Made by a program: the position numbers and the translations under genes. Below, in pieces: positions 1 to 11,032 of a DNA stretch of 64,000 bases. The notes beneath the pieces were generated by a model that saw only the letters and a program-made list of their open reading frames with translations, made no database searches and was not told the origin of the DNA. The DNA is from Candidatus Woesebacteria bacterium UBA5941. Its GTDB lineage: Bacteria; Patescibacteriota; Microgenomatia; UBA8517. How positions within the stretch are numbered: position 1 is the stretch's first letter; each line of letters opens with the position of its first letter. The stretch spans positions 1,390-65,389 of the forward strand of contig DJCV01000012.1 in NCBI GenBank assembly GCA_002430735.1. Direction: 5' to 3'.

Positions 1-669
1 GATAGGATAGAAGAACGCTTCAGGGGTGATTCCCATAAATTCAAAACCATGAGTCGTAAGGAATGAATACATTTCTTTAAAGAGCGTTTCTCCTTTATAT
101 AACTCCTTGACTGCTAATTCAATATGAATAATATCAACCTTCTTCAGAGTTTCTTTGCCGTACTTTAAAATCTCACCTTCAGTTCCTTGTGTATCTATCT
201 TTAGAAATACTGGATGAACCAGAGTCTTTGATGCAAAGTAGTCGTCGATGTTTATCGTCTTCACCTTACGTTTTTTAGGTCTCTCTTTGTTAAAGCGAGT
301 GTCGCTATTAAGAAATGGGAGCAGTGATGATAATTCGGTTCGAGGATAGATTAAGAACTGGCTGTACCCGTTTTTTCGAGCAAGAGCAACGTTTTCTAAC
401 ACTACATTGCTATTCTGTATCCGACTTTTTATCTTTGTAATATTCTCCTTGATTGGTTCAAAAGCGTAGTACTTTACTGATGGGAAAACATGAAGTAATG
501 CGGCCATGACTTTTCCTTCATGTGCGCCAACATCAATAATGGTGTTAATTCTATAGTTCTTTAACCACTCGTATTGAACAAAAACCGGTATATATATTCT
601 CCGAAAAATTAGTGGAATTAGATTCGGATTCAGTATAATATACAAACCAAACGCTATCATGTTTTTCAT
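1..669 (-). CDS. FkbM family SAM-dependent methyltransferase (3' end outside window)
   Basis: Not in ORF track. Manual translation from ATG at 669 gives MKNMIAFGLY...TIIDVGAHEG...YYAFEP...LENVALA...FLKIDTQGTEGEIL, which has the FkbM motifs; frame open to base 1. Confidence 0.85.
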   Translation of the reverse strand, partial: MKNMIAFGLYIILNPNLIPLIFRRIYIPVFVQYEWLKNYRINTIIDVGAHEGKVMAALLHVFPSVKYYAFEPIKENITKIKSRIQNSNVVLENVALARKNGYSQFLIYPRTELSSLLPFLNSDTRFNKERPKKRKVKTINIDDYFASKTLVHPVFLKIDTQGTEGEILKYGKETLKKVDIIHIELAVKELYKGETLFKEMYSFLTTHGFEFMGITPEAFFYPI

Positions 670-685
670 AATGGGATAGTGTAAC

Positions 686-1432
686 ATGAGCGCTATGTTA
701 AAAGTAAAAAGATTTATATACGTTTGTGCATACTTAGTGCTTCGTATTGTCTCACCCAGGCATCGAAAGCAATGGGCAAGACTCACAGGAGAGATAAAGC
801 GATTAACTCCAAAAGAAAAACGTGCACTCTTACTGCTTGATCCTTCTCTAGCATATAACAATGAATACTTCCTGTCTGATCAGTTTGAAGATCAAAACGA
901 ATGGTCAAACAAAATCTCTCAAGTTATTGATAAACATCTTAAGCCCAAGAGCGTAGTTGATGTTGGTTGTGGTCGAGGTTTGTTTTTAAGACATTTTCAT
1001 GAGAAGTCCATTCGAATACTTGGCATTGAAGGATCTTCTAGTGCAATAAAAAATCTAGTGGTTCCGAAAAATAAGATTATTCAGACTGACCTTCGCAACG
1101 TGTTTCAGAAGACGAATGCGAGAAAGTATGATATCGCTATCAGTTTTGAAGTGGCGGAGCATCTTGAACGTGAGTTTGCAGGTGTTTTTGTATATAACTT
1201 AACCACCCTCTCTAATACGATTTTGTTTACAGCTGCACACCCAGGCTGGTCTATTCCACATCCTCACCATCCGAACGAACAACCATATGAGTATTGGGAT
1301 ACTCTGTTTGAATTCTATGGTTATAAAGAAGACACGAAAACAACAAATAGGTTGAGACGAGAACTTGCAAAATTACACCTGCCTCTAAACGTTTCTCATT
1401 ACTCAGATGTAAAGGTATACAAAAAAAGATAA
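686..1432 (+). CDS. class I SAM-dependent methyltransferase
   Basis: VVDVGCGRG motif I, SFEVAEHL, HHPNEQPYEYW. Confidence 0.85.
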   Translation: MSAMLKVKRFIYVCAYLVLRIVSPRHRKQWARLTGEIKRLTPKEKRALLLLDPSLAYNNEYFLSDQFEDQNEWSNKISQVIDKHLKPKSVVDVGCGRGLFLRHFHEKSIRILGIEGSSSAIKNLVVPKNKIIQTDLRNVFQKTNARKYDIAISFEVAEHLEREFAGVFVYNLTTLSNTILFTAAHPGWSIPHPHHPNEQPYEYWDTLFEFYGYKEDTKTTNRLRRELAKLHLPLNVSHYSDVKVYKKR

Positions 1433-3510
1433 TGAAAAATAGAATAGGAGTATTTTTATTTACACATAAATACCCTATTTTCCTCCTGCTTGTTTCCGGT
1501 TTTCTCACATGGACACACTTTAAGTATGGTCGTTTGATCGCAACCGCCGAGGAGGCACTTACCTTTTATAACCCCGAGAGAACGCTTCGGTTATTCAGCT
1601 CTCTTTGGGTTGAAGTATCATCCGGATTTCCAATCGCATTTTTAATTCCGCGTATTCCTGTTCTTTTTGCTTCAGCACTCCTCCAAGAAGCGCTGTTTCC
1701 GCACTATGTACAAGCTGTTCTCTTCTTCTTTATATTTTGTTCTGGTTTCATTGGATCATTCTACTGTTTCAAATCCTTAACAAAAATTAACTCAAATAGA
1801 ATCGCTTTTTTGGTTGCATTATTTTATGGATCTAATTTGTTTACACTCACACAGGTATGGCAACGTTTCTTGTACCCACTGTTTTTCTTGTGGGCATTTT
1901 TGCCTGTGTTTTTAGTTCTGTGGGATTTATTACTAGGAAGTAAAAAAAGGAAATATCTTGGTTGGCTCGTGGTGACTTCAATTGTTTATTCGTATACCTT
2001 TACCTTTCCCTCATCTATTTTGCTCCTCGGGTTGGTCATGGTATTTGTCTCCTTAAAGCACATTTTCTTTGCAGGTAACAAGGCAAGCCAATTGCGTTTT
2101 ACAGTAAAAACAGTTTCTTTTTGGGCAGTTTTCCAGCTCTGGTGGTTTATTCCACTGTTTTTCCTGAGAAACAGCGCTTTATCTGAAAGTGTGAGTACTG
2201 ATCAAAATATTTCGGCTTTACGGGAAGTAAGTCAATTCTTTAATAACAGTGATGTTCTCCTGTTGAAGCAACAATTCTTCTTTAGCGGTGGAGGATACTT
2301 CAGTGAGTACTATCAAAGCCATCTATTGCAAAGTCTTAGTGGAATTCTGCTCAGCATCGTCATTGTTGGCCTTGTTCTTTCCGCAAAAAGCCGTACATAT
2401 CGACTCGTTAGCATCTTTTTTCTATTCAGTTGGTTTCTTGTCAAAGGTAGTAACCCTCCATTCGGTGATCTTTTTTATACAACGCTCTTTGAGAAGATTC
2501 TTTTTGCACAAGTCCTGCGCAATCCTTATGAGAAGCTTGGCGTCTTATATACTTTGCTTTACTCACTCTTTTTGGGGGTAGGGGTATATTTTCTAACAAA
2601 TAAACTGCAGAGCTACGCTCGCAATGCACTACACATTCTTCTGCTTGTATCACTTCTTGCACTTTCTTGGCCTCTATGGAAAGGGTCTGTTTTTCCGTAC
2701 TTTTATTATGTTACCGTCCCACAACGGTATGAGGAGGTAAACAAAATTGTCTCAGAAAATCAGGGCAGAATACTTCAATTACCACTTTCACGCGGTTCTA
2801 CCGTTGAATACTCATGGTTTTATCGAGGAGAGGACCCGAGTGAATATTTGTATGACAGGCCATCAGTATCAAAATTCACAACACTTACCTCACTAGACCG
2901 TTTTTACTCAGGGCTGGTACAAAATATTTCACATAAAAATATGCCACATTTGTTAGCTGTCGCTAATATTGGGAGCGCGATCGTGAATTATGATCTAGTA
3001 AAGTCCCCGTATTTTTCAGAAACGGCTACTGACAGTAGCCTAATGGTGCAAAAATGGTTAAACGGGGCAAAGCCAATTAAAATCGAGACGTTAGAAGTAT
3101 ATCCTCAGTTAGAAGAATCAGCCGTTGGTGCGGTGTACCTCGTGAATCAGATAAAAAATGTAACAGGAGTTGATTCTGCGTTCCAGTTCATGCTTGAGGA
3201 CGCATTTAACCCAAAGACAATGGCGGTTGTCGAAGGCGCCAATGAAATAAAAATCGCAGAAGTGAAAGAACTACCCTCACATGCTGTGGAGAAAATACAA
3301 CCCCGGCATTACAAGGTAACCGTACATGAAAACTCAGGCACATTCTTACTGATCTTGACCCAAAGCTTCAATAAAAATTGGAGGGCCACAATTAATGGCA
3401 ATCGTGTACCAGAGCACGTATTAGCCAATGGATACGCGAACGGGTGGATTATCTCACATACAGGCACGTACGAAATTGATATAATCTTTCAGGTATTTCC
3501 ATGGGAATAA
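1432..3510 (+). CDS. large polytopic membrane protein, GT-C-like (YfhO/DUF3367-like), with C-terminal extracytoplasmic domain
   Basis: Many TM segments in N-half, KGSNPPFG and LRNPYEKLG motifs, RILQLP, C-terminal NGYANGW. Confidence 0.65.
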   Translation: MKNRIGVFLFTHKYPIFLLLVSGFLTWTHFKYGRLIATAEEALTFYNPERTLRLFSSLWVEVSSGFPIAFLIPRIPVLFASALLQEALFPHYVQAVLFFFIFCSGFIGSFYCFKSLTKINSNRIAFLVALFYGSNLFTLTQVWQRFLYPLFFLWAFLPVFLVLWDLLLGSKKRKYLGWLVVTSIVYSYTFTFPSSILLLGLVMVFVSLKHIFFAGNKASQLRFTVKTVSFWAVFQLWWFIPLFFLRNSALSESVSTDQNISALREVSQFFNNSDVLLLKQQFFFSGGGYFSEYYQSHLLQSLSGILLSIVIVGLVLSAKSRTYRLVSIFFLFSWFLVKGSNPPFGDLFYTTLFEKILFAQVLRNPYEKLGVLYTLLYSLFLGVGVYFLTNKLQSYARNALHILLLVSLLALSWPLWKGSVFPYFYYVTVPQRYEEVNKIVSENQGRILQLPLSRGSTVEYSWFYRGEDPSEYLYDRPSVSKFTTLTSLDRFYSGLVQNISHKNMPHLLAVANIGSAIVNYDLVKSPYFSETATDSSLMVQKWLNGAKPIKIETLEVYPQLEESAVGAVYLVNQIKNVTGVDSAFQFMLEDAFNPKTMAVVEGANEIKIAEVKELPSHAVEKIQPRHYKVTVHENSGTFLLILTQSFNKNWRATINGNRVPEHVLANGYANGWIISHTGTYEIDIIFQVFPWE

Positions 3511-4346
3511 ACAATCTAGACTCAAAAACGAATAAAAGGCTATCTGAATTACTCGCCAATACGGGTGATATGGCATTAAAGCGAAGAGCTCGTGAAATTG
3601 TCACTCACCTTGAGCTGAAGGATGGTCTTTCCGTGTTAGATATTGGGTGTGGTGACGGGTACTATCTCCATTTGTTGTCAAAATTGCCATATAAATTGAA
3701 GTTATCTGGTACAGATTATGATGAAAGTGGTTTGTCTCGTGCACGTAAGAATTTAGGAAAAGGAATCCCGCTCTATCAAGGGGATTTAATGGCAAAATTA
3801 CCTTTTAAATCAAACACCTGGGACAGAGTTGTCATGTCTGAGGTGGCGGAGCATTTGCCCAATGATGTGAAAGGGTTAAAAGAGGTGAATCGCGTTCTGA
3901 AAAAGGGTGGGAGTATTTGTCTAACCGTGCCATGCTGGGATTTCCCTCTTTTGTGGGATCCTCTAAGTTGGATACTTCAACGAGTCGGCACACCTATACG
4001 GCATGGATTTTTTGCAGGTATTTGGAATCAACATGAACGACTGTATAAGCCAGATCAGATTGTGAGTGTCTTAAAAAAAGCCGGGTTTGAAGTTGTGGAA
4101 TCAAAAACAGTGACCTTTTGGTGTTTGCCGTTTAATCATTACATTGTGAACATTACTGCACGGCTTCTTGCCGCAGGTTCTGTCTCAGGAGAGACAGCCA
4201 CAGCTTTAAGTAAGTATTCGGTAAAACCAAAGCGGTCCTTTTTATTAAATATGGCATTCAAATTCGCAAATGCGGTGGACTCATTAAATAATTGGTACCA
4301 ACCACGAAGTGGTGTCGCCGTCTTCGTACATGCAAGGAAAAAATGA
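3501..4346 (+). CDS. class I SAM-dependent methyltransferase
   Basis: VLDIGCGDG, SEVAEHL, RVLKKGG. Confidence 0.88.
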   Translation: MGINNLDSKTNKRLSELLANTGDMALKRRAREIVTHLELKDGLSVLDIGCGDGYYLHLLSKLPYKLKLSGTDYDESGLSRARKNLGKGIPLYQGDLMAKLPFKSNTWDRVVMSEVAEHLPNDVKGLKEVNRVLKKGGSICLTVPCWDFPLLWDPLSWILQRVGTPIRHGFFAGIWNQHERLYKPDQIVSVLKKAGFEVVESKTVTFWCLPFNHYIVNITARLLAAGSVSGETATALSKYSVKPKRSFLLNMAFKFANAVDSLNNWYQPRSGVAVFVHARKK

Positions 4347-5524
4347 AGCAAATATACATTTGGGCTGCAGGCGCGCGAGGAAACGGCATTTCTGGAAGTG
4401 ACCGTATTTTTATAGAATTTGCTCGACGCTGGCAAAATCCAAAAACTCATGTGGTAGTGACTACCGAGGGGCGAGAAATGTGCCTACGCAATAACTTGAA
4501 CGATACTCAGGTAAACTTCCTCATTGTTCCATCACCTCAAGAAAAACGATTTGGTTTTTTCATTAGTTATTTTTCGACGATCATATCATCAATCTGGTAT
4601 GCGTTTACAATACGGGTCGATGATCCATCTCAATCTGTTGTGTATTCCGCAAGCGAATTTTGGATGGACAGTATTCCAGCAGTTATTCTAAAGTTTCGAT
4701 ATCAAAAGATAACCTGGGCGGCAACCTGGTACCAAACTGCGCCGAACCCTTTAAAAGGGTTTACTGAATCTAAGAGACAGAACGCGTATCGACTCAGTGC
4801 TTTTTACTATTGGTTTATGCAGTTGCCAGTGAAACCACTCATTTCTGCTTTTGCAAATAAAATTCTTGTAAATAATGAACTTGAGAGAAAACAATTTCCA
4901 GCAGCAAACAAGCAAGGGAAAGTAGAGGTTGTCATAGGTGCTGTGGATACAAAAAAGATCATTGCATATAAAGAAAATCACAAGAAACCAACGAAGCCTA
5001 TATACGACGCAGTTTTTCAAGGACGCTTTCATCCTCAAAAAGGAGTCGTTGAGCTTATTCGCATATGGTCAAAGGTTTGTCTTTCCCACCCGACGGCGAA
5101 ACTCGCAATGATTGGTGACGGTCCACTTATGCAAACAGTTCGTAGCGAAATAGCAAAGTATCAGTTAGAGGAGAATATTACGCTGGCAGGGTACGTTTTG
5201 GACGGTGATAAAAAGTACTACACTTTTTTGAACTCAAAGATGGTAGTTCATCCAGCGAAATATGATAGTGGAGGTATGGCAGCTGCGGAAGCAATGTCAT
5301 TTGACATGCCCTGTATTGGGTTTAATTTACAAGCATATAAATCTTACTATCCAGTGGGTATGGTTACCTCAAAAAATGACGAAGACTTTGCTAGAAACAT
5401 TATAAAACTTATTAAGAACGAAACCTTGAGAAAACGATTAGGTCGAGAGGCTGGAATCTTTGTGCTTCGTAATTATTCTTGGGACATTCGCGCTGAAAGT
5501 GTGAGAATATTTATTACATCATGA
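4343..5524 (+). CDS. glycosyltransferase family 4
   Basis: GRFHPQKG and DSGGMAAAEAM; start moved to ATG 4343 (ATGA overlap with the upstream stop). Confidence 0.85.
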   Translation: MKQIYIWAAGARGNGISGSDRIFIEFARRWQNPKTHVVVTTEGREMCLRNNLNDTQVNFLIVPSPQEKRFGFFISYFSTIISSIWYAFTIRVDDPSQSVVYSASEFWMDSIPAVILKFRYQKITWAATWYQTAPNPLKGFTESKRQNAYRLSAFYYWFMQLPVKPLISAFANKILVNNELERKQFPAANKQGKVEVVIGAVDTKKIIAYKENHKKPTKPIYDAVFQGRFHPQKGVVELIRIWSKVCLSHPTAKLAMIGDGPLMQTVRSEIAKYQLEENITLAGYVLDGDKKYYTFLNSKMVVHPAKYDSGGMAAAEAMSFDMPCIGFNLQAYKSYYPVGMVTSKNDEDFARNIIKLIKNETLRKRLGREAGIFVLRNYSWDIRAESVRIFITS

Positions 5525-6354
5525 AAAAAACGCCATTAGTCTCAGTAATTATTCCATGCAAGAATTCTTCAAAGATGATTTCAAGTTGTTTACAAAGCAT
5601 TAAGGATCAAACTTACAAAAACTTAGAAATTATTGTCGTTGATAACTATTCTGTGGACGATACGTACGCGATTGCACGTACATTTACTAAAAATGTCTAC
5701 AAGAAAGGACCGGAAAGGAGTACTCAGCGGAACTGGGGAGTGATGAAAAGTCGTGGTGATTGGGTGCTTTTTGTCGACAGCGATATGGAGCTTTCTCCTA
5801 CAGTTGTCGAAAATTGCGTAAAAATAGTTCGAAAAAATTCAGCAGTAAAGGGCTTGATTATTCCTGAGGAGTCAATGGGGGAAGGGTTTTGGGCAAAATG
5901 CAAGAATCTAGAAAGGAGCTTTTATGTAGGTGTGGCTTATATGGAAGCAGCGAGGTTTTTTAACAAAAAATTGTTCCTTGAGGTTGGTGGGTATGATGAA
6001 ACAATGGTAAGCGGCGAAGACTGGTATCTCTCTCAAAAATTTGAAAAGGTAGGGAAAATAAAAAATGTTCCAGACCTTATATACCACAACGAAGGGCAGC
6101 TAACTTTGAGTGGAACTATTCGCAAAAAATTTTATTATGCAAAGCATTTCGTAAAGTATATGCATATCCGTGACAATAAATATATTAAGCATCAGACCAG
6201 CATTGTTTCTCGGTATAAACTCTTTTTCTCCCGACCAAGAAAATTATTTGCAAACCCATTCGTAGGGGTTGGAATGCTTATTATGAAGACAGGTGAGTTT
6301 GCTGCTGGTGGACTTGGATATTTAATGTCGATTACTTCAAAGACCATCTCATGA
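5521..6354 (+). CDS. glycosyltransferase family 2
   Basis: VSVIIP, VVDNYSVD, FVDSD, GEDW. Confidence 0.9.
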   Translation: MKKTPLVSVIIPCKNSSKMISSCLQSIKDQTYKNLEIIVVDNYSVDDTYAIARTFTKNVYKKGPERSTQRNWGVMKSRGDWVLFVDSDMELSPTVVENCVKIVRKNSAVKGLIIPEESMGEGFWAKCKNLERSFYVGVAYMEAARFFNKKLFLEVGGYDETMVSGEDWYLSQKFEKVGKIKNVPDLIYHNEGQLTLSGTIRKKFYYAKHFVKYMHIRDNKYIKHQTSIVSRYKLFFSRPRKLFANPFVGVGMLIMKTGEFAAGGLGYLMSITSKTIS

Positions 6355-7379
6355 AAACGCCACTGGTTAGTGTAATCTTAGTAAACTTTAATGGACTGAA
6401 GTGGCTTGAAACTTGTTTGTCATCACTAACAAATCAGTCTTATAAAAACATAGAGGTTGTTTTCGTCGACAATGCTTCATCTGATGAGAGTATTTCCTTT
6501 GTAAAAAACAACTATAAAAAAGTAAAAATAGTTGCACTGAAAGAAAATGTTGGATTTGCAGGTGGGAATAATGCTGGCCTTCCATTTTGTCACGGAACAT
6601 ATCTCTGTTTGCTAAATACAGATACCACAATTGAAAAAGGCTACATAGAAAAGATGATACAGCCCTTTAAAACCGACAATAGTTTGGCGATCGCCCAAAG
6701 TAAAATCGTGCTGATGGACAAACCATCTATTATCGACACATGCGGTTCATACTGGACAGGAAGTACTTTTTTATATCACATGGGTAATGGAAAAAATGCC
6801 AATAAAGGTATGTATAACAAAAACCAGTTTGTTTTCAGTGTAAAAGCTGCGTCAGTCATGATACGCAAGAGTGTTGTTGATGAAATTGGATTATTTGATT
6901 CAAGATTTTGGAATTACTATGAAGAAACAGATTTCTGTCACAGGGCTATGATTTCTGGTTACTCATGCATGTACTATCCATCAGCTATTTGCTATCACGC
7001 AGGGGGCGGAACTACATTGTCTGAATTCAATTATGACTATATACAGTTCCATAATTTTAAGAATAAACTCGCAAGCTTTTTGAAGAATTTCGATCGACTG
7101 ACACTGGTATTTGTATTGCCCAAGTTTTTGTTTCTAAATTTTGTGATTAGCGCTTTGTGGCTTCTCACTGGAAAGTGGAGGTTTAGCGTAGCTCTGTATA
7201 AGGCGATTTGGTGGAATATCTCAAACCTGAAAGATACTTTTAAACTTCGTATGACAAATAACAGAAATCGTGTGAAGAGGGATAGCGAATATTTGCCAGC
7301 CGTTACAAGAAACCCACAGCTAAATTACTACGTTGCATTATTCACAGGAAATTTTAAGAATTACATTGATTATGAATAA
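6351..7379 (+). CDS. glycosyltransferase family 2 (WfgS/rhamnosyltransferase-like)
   Basis: VDNASSD, NVGFAGGNN, LLNTD, YYEETDFC. Confidence 0.9.
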   Translation: MKTPLVSVILVNFNGLKWLETCLSSLTNQSYKNIEVVFVDNASSDESISFVKNNYKKVKIVALKENVGFAGGNNAGLPFCHGTYLCLLNTDTTIEKGYIEKMIQPFKTDNSLAIAQSKIVLMDKPSIIDTCGSYWTGSTFLYHMGNGKNANKGMYNKNQFVFSVKAASVMIRKSVVDEIGLFDSRFWNYYEETDFCHRAMISGYSCMYYPSAICYHAGGGTTLSEFNYDYIQFHNFKNKLASFLKNFDRLTLVFVLPKFLFLNFVISALWLLTGKWRFSVALYKAIWWNISNLKDTFKLRMTNNRNRVKRDSEYLPAVTRNPQLNYYVALFTGNFKNYIDYE

Positions 7380-8217
7380 GCAATGTCCAGTCTGTCGTCA
7401 AAGAAATGGAGAACGAAATTTTTCTGCCTATGAGTCTCATGGGAGATTTCAAAAGAGTGGAGGGAAACGTTTTCAATATTATAAATGTACGAATTGTGGA
7501 TCGTTGTTTCATGCCGAAAAAATTACTAACAATTTTTATAAGGCTTATTATCCTGAGCAATACTATGATGATGAGCCTTCTGGATTATCAAAAGTATTAA
7601 CTCAATTTTCAAATTATAAAAAAAGAAAGTTAGTTGAAAGTAGTTCAAAGGACAGGCAGTTAAGCATTCTGGATGTTGGTTGTGGAAACGGGTTGTTTTT
7701 GAAATCTTTACCCAACAGATATAAGAAGCATGGCGTTGAAATTGATCGGAAAGCTGCTTCTGTAGCGCAAGCATCAGGTGCAGAGATTTTTGTGGGCGAT
7801 TTTACAAACATGCAGATCTCGAAAAAGTTTGATGTAATTGTCTCGTGGCATGTGATTGAACATATTGTGAATCCAAACGCTTTTATGAAGAAAGTTAGCG
7901 AGTTACTAAAACCTGAGGGAACCTTCCTTTGCTCAACACCAAACGCCCATTGTTTGGGAATGCACTTTGGCAAAACAGATTGGTTCCATCTTGACGCACC
8001 TCGACACATAACACTCTTTAACAAAAGATCACTGAAGTTAATTGCAGAAAATAACGGACTGGTGTGTGAAAGAATTATTTCTAATTATTGGGAATTTCCA
8101 CTGGACACTTTTTGGTCTCTCAAGAGCACTTTACTCTCAATACCAATGATACTCATGTACCCATTTATGAAGCGCGCTGATGAGGAATGTATAACTATCA
8201 TATGTCGGAAAAAGTAA
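7372..8217 (+). CDS. class I SAM-dependent methyltransferase with N-terminal zinc ribbon
   Basis: CPVC...CTNC, ILDVGCGNG, WHVIEHI, PRHITLF; ATG 7372 chosen. Confidence 0.88.
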   Translation: MNKQCPVCRQRNGERNFSAYESHGRFQKSGGKRFQYYKCTNCGSLFHAEKITNNFYKAYYPEQYYDDEPSGLSKVLTQFSNYKKRKLVESSSKDRQLSILDVGCGNGLFLKSLPNRYKKHGVEIDRKAASVAQASGAEIFVGDFTNMQISKKFDVIVSWHVIEHIVNPNAFMKKVSELLKPEGTFLCSTPNAHCLGMHFGKTDWFHLDAPRHITLFNKRSLKLIAENNGLVCERIISNYWEFPLDTFWSLKSTLLSIPMILMYPFMKRADEECITIICRKK

Positions 8218-10358
8218 AAACAATTATTCTCTCTTTTGTCTGCCTGGCTTTAATTGTCATTCCGGTCGTAAAAAACCAAAGTGGATATCTTGTAGGTGGT
8301 GATGACACAAAGCTCTATTATGTTTTTCCAGATAAGTTTTTATCAAATTACGCATTCAATCTTATCTCAGACAATACTTTAGCAGGAGCAAATTCTGGCT
8401 ACTATCCGGTGTCATATTTCGCGCCACTATTTATTGTCTTTTGGCTGCTCAAAGTAATCCCTTTAAACACGCAGTTTTTAAGCTTTGGAATAAACCTCGC
8501 TGTTGGGTTTCTCTTCACATACAAACTGCTCATCCTTCTCCGCCCTCAGAAAAGTGTAGCTTCATTTACAGGTTACGTTTTAAGTGCGCTCCTGTTTGTT
8601 TTCTCACCTTTTCTTACTGAGACGCTTTATAACCATCAGCTACTGTCAATGTATTTAGTCGCGACTTTTCCCCTGACGACATTTCTGTTTTTGAAAGGGG
8701 TTAAGGAACATAGATTCTCGTATACCCTGTTTGCAAGCATCGTATTCTCACTGTTTAGTACCACACTAAACGCACTTCCTTGGATCGCTGGTTTTTTACT
8801 CGCTTCGTTACCTGCAATATTGTTTCTCCTTATTGAAAAGAAACATGCAATAAAACACTTCATCGTTTTTACGACCAGCTCTGTATTGTTAAACTTTTAC
8901 TGGATCTTCTTTTTTATACACTCGCAGATTTACGGTTCTGGATTATCAACTACTACGGAAACATATTCTTCAAACAGCTTCGTTTTTGATAACTTACGCA
9001 TAATAGAAACAGTATCTCGAATGTTTAGCCCGCTCAGTCAAATTTTTCATAATGTCTTACCAAACGGATATGCCACATTTCAAACGATCGACGTATTGTC
9101 ATGCACAATTCTTGTGATGGTCATGTTGGCACTTGCAACAGCGCACAAAGAACATCGAAAAGCACTTCTTATATCAGGCCTGTGTTTACTGTTCAGTTGG
9201 TTTTTATTTTCTCCAAATATGGGCTCATGGGGTCCGAAGACATTTGTGTTTTTGAGCAGAAACATACCATTTTTTACCATGTTCAGAAATATGTTTGATA
9301 AGTTCTCACTTCCTTTAGCCTTTTATTATGCGCTTTGTTTTGGCTTTTCTATTCATGCCCTGCAAGGTGTTTTGAAAAAGCATGGTAGTGTCATTGTCCT
9401 GGGGATTTCCTTTACAGTAGTCATGTTTTTTGGCAAATCATTATTCGAATTAAAAGATACACAAGAGAATCGGTTCAGCGGTCGATTTAACTCTGATTAC
9501 ATGAATTTAGTGACTTATTTCGAAGGACAAACAGATCAATCGCGTATTCTATGGCTGCCTTTAAACGGACCCACATATGCAAACATTGAAGACGACACGA
9601 ATACCGGTTCATATTATTCAGGTTTGTCGCCACTGCATATTTTGTCAGGGAAACCTGATTACACTGGTCGCTTCAGTTTTATTATTCCAGAAGACATATT
9701 TTATGGAGACAAAATATTTAATTCGTTAAGGGCAGGAAACTATCAGGAGGTAGGGGAAGCGCTACAAAAGTTAAACGCAAGATATATTGTAATTGATAAG
9801 CAGAGGCTACCCGCTAATATCGCAGATTTTATGTATGGTGGGGAAGGCTATCCGCTGCTAACGGCTCAAAGCGAAGAATTTTATGAACATATCCTAGGGG
9901 AGAAACTAACAGACTTCGGTCAACGGTATTCCGTCTATAAAATAGCCGAGAAATATGACAGCGATAGAGTGTACGTAGCCAGCGACACCGCACGTTCGCT
10001 TGATAGTAATGCGAAGAGTTTAGTCCGGTATGAAAAGCTTTCCAGTGATCGGTATTCAATTACTTTTTCTCGGAGTGACATCTATAACAATCTTGTTTTT
10101 CTAGATCCCTATTACCGTGATTGGGAAGTAATTCATAATGATAATGAAGTATTCCTTGATCAATCTGTCGCATTTGGGTATGCAAACGCTTGGAATACCC
10201 TTCCACTCATTGAAAATAGCAATACGGAAGACGTTACGGTGCAACTCGTGTTCAGACCTCAGCAATATAGTCTTTTTGCGTATTCAGTGAGTATAATAAC
10301 CGTGCTACTGCTACTATCATACATTGCATATGACTACTCAAAACACAGAATTTTATAA
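8202..10358 (+). CDS. large polytopic membrane protein, GT-C-like
   Basis: GGDDTKLY after TM1, multiple TMs, MFRNMFDKF, RILWLP, FGYANAW, C-terminal TM. Confidence 0.65.
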   Translation: MSEKVKTIILSFVCLALIVIPVVKNQSGYLVGGDDTKLYYVFPDKFLSNYAFNLISDNTLAGANSGYYPVSYFAPLFIVFWLLKVIPLNTQFLSFGINLAVGFLFTYKLLILLRPQKSVASFTGYVLSALLFVFSPFLTETLYNHQLLSMYLVATFPLTTFLFLKGVKEHRFSYTLFASIVFSLFSTTLNALPWIAGFLLASLPAILFLLIEKKHAIKHFIVFTTSSVLLNFYWIFFFIHSQIYGSGLSTTTETYSSNSFVFDNLRIIETVSRMFSPLSQIFHNVLPNGYATFQTIDVLSCTILVMVMLALATAHKEHRKALLISGLCLLFSWFLFSPNMGSWGPKTFVFLSRNIPFFTMFRNMFDKFSLPLAFYYALCFGFSIHALQGVLKKHGSVIVLGISFTVVMFFGKSLFELKDTQENRFSGRFNSDYMNLVTYFEGQTDQSRILWLPLNGPTYANIEDDTNTGSYYSGLSPLHILSGKPDYTGRFSFIIPEDIFYGDKIFNSLRAGNYQEVGEALQKLNARYIVIDKQRLPANIADFMYGGEGYPLLTAQSEEFYEHILGEKLTDFGQRYSVYKIAEKYDSDRVYVASDTARSLDSNAKSLVRYEKLSSDRYSITFSRSDIYNNLVFLDPYYRDWEVIHNDNEVFLDQSVAFGYANAWNTLPLIENSNTEDVTVQLVFRPQQYSLFAYSVSIITVLLLLSYIAYDYSKHRIL

Positions 10359-11031
10359 CACGAACGAGATTGCTGAAGTATCACACCGCGGGTATTATCC
10401 TGAAAAAGCACGCTTCATAAAAGAGTATTTAGATACCAATATTCGAAGATTGAAGAAGAATGTAAGATCCCGAATACTAGATATTGCTTGTAATGACGGG
10501 GTCCTTACCCATTCGTATTTGAAGTATGGGGAAGTGATTGGAGTTGATATTAACAAAAGGGCGATCGCAGCGACAAAAAAGAAGGGGATTAAAGCGTTTT
10601 GTATGGATATTTCGGAACTAAGCGAGTCATACAACGAATCGTTTGACGTAATTATTGCTGGGGACATTATTGAGCATATTTTTGATTCTGATGCATTTCT
10701 CATGCACATAAATCGTTTATTAAAGCCAGGTGGCTCACTTTTACTGACAACACCGAACGTTGCGTCGTTCCCACGGAGAATACTTTTGTTATTGGGAATA
10801 AATCCGTACTTGGAATATTCGGTTGAGTTGCCTTCTCGGGAATATAACGTTGGGCACGTTCGATACTACACAGCAGCCGATTTACGAAAACAGCTTGAAC
10901 ACCATCACCTTACAGTTGAAGAAATAAGGGGTGACAAAGTAAATCTCGGGATTTTTAGCTTGACAGGAAAAATTGCGGCAATGATCCCTACATTGTCGAG
11001 AAATTTAATGGTGCGAGCAACAAAGCAGTGA
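10330..11031 (+). CDS. class I SAM-dependent methyltransferase
   Basis: ILDIACNDG, GDIIEHI, LLKPGGSLLLTTPN. Confidence 0.88.
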   Translation: MTTQNTEFYNTNEIAEVSHRGYYPEKARFIKEYLDTNIRRLKKNVRSRILDIACNDGVLTHSYLKYGEVIGVDINKRAIAATKKKGIKAFCMDISELSESYNESFDVIIAGDIIEHIFDSDAFLMHINRLLKPGGSLLLTTPNVASFPRRILLLLGINPYLEYSVELPSREYNVGHVRYYTAADLRKQLEHHHLTVEEIRGDKVNLGIFSLTGKIAAMIPTLSRNLMVRATKQ

Positions 11032-11032
11032 A

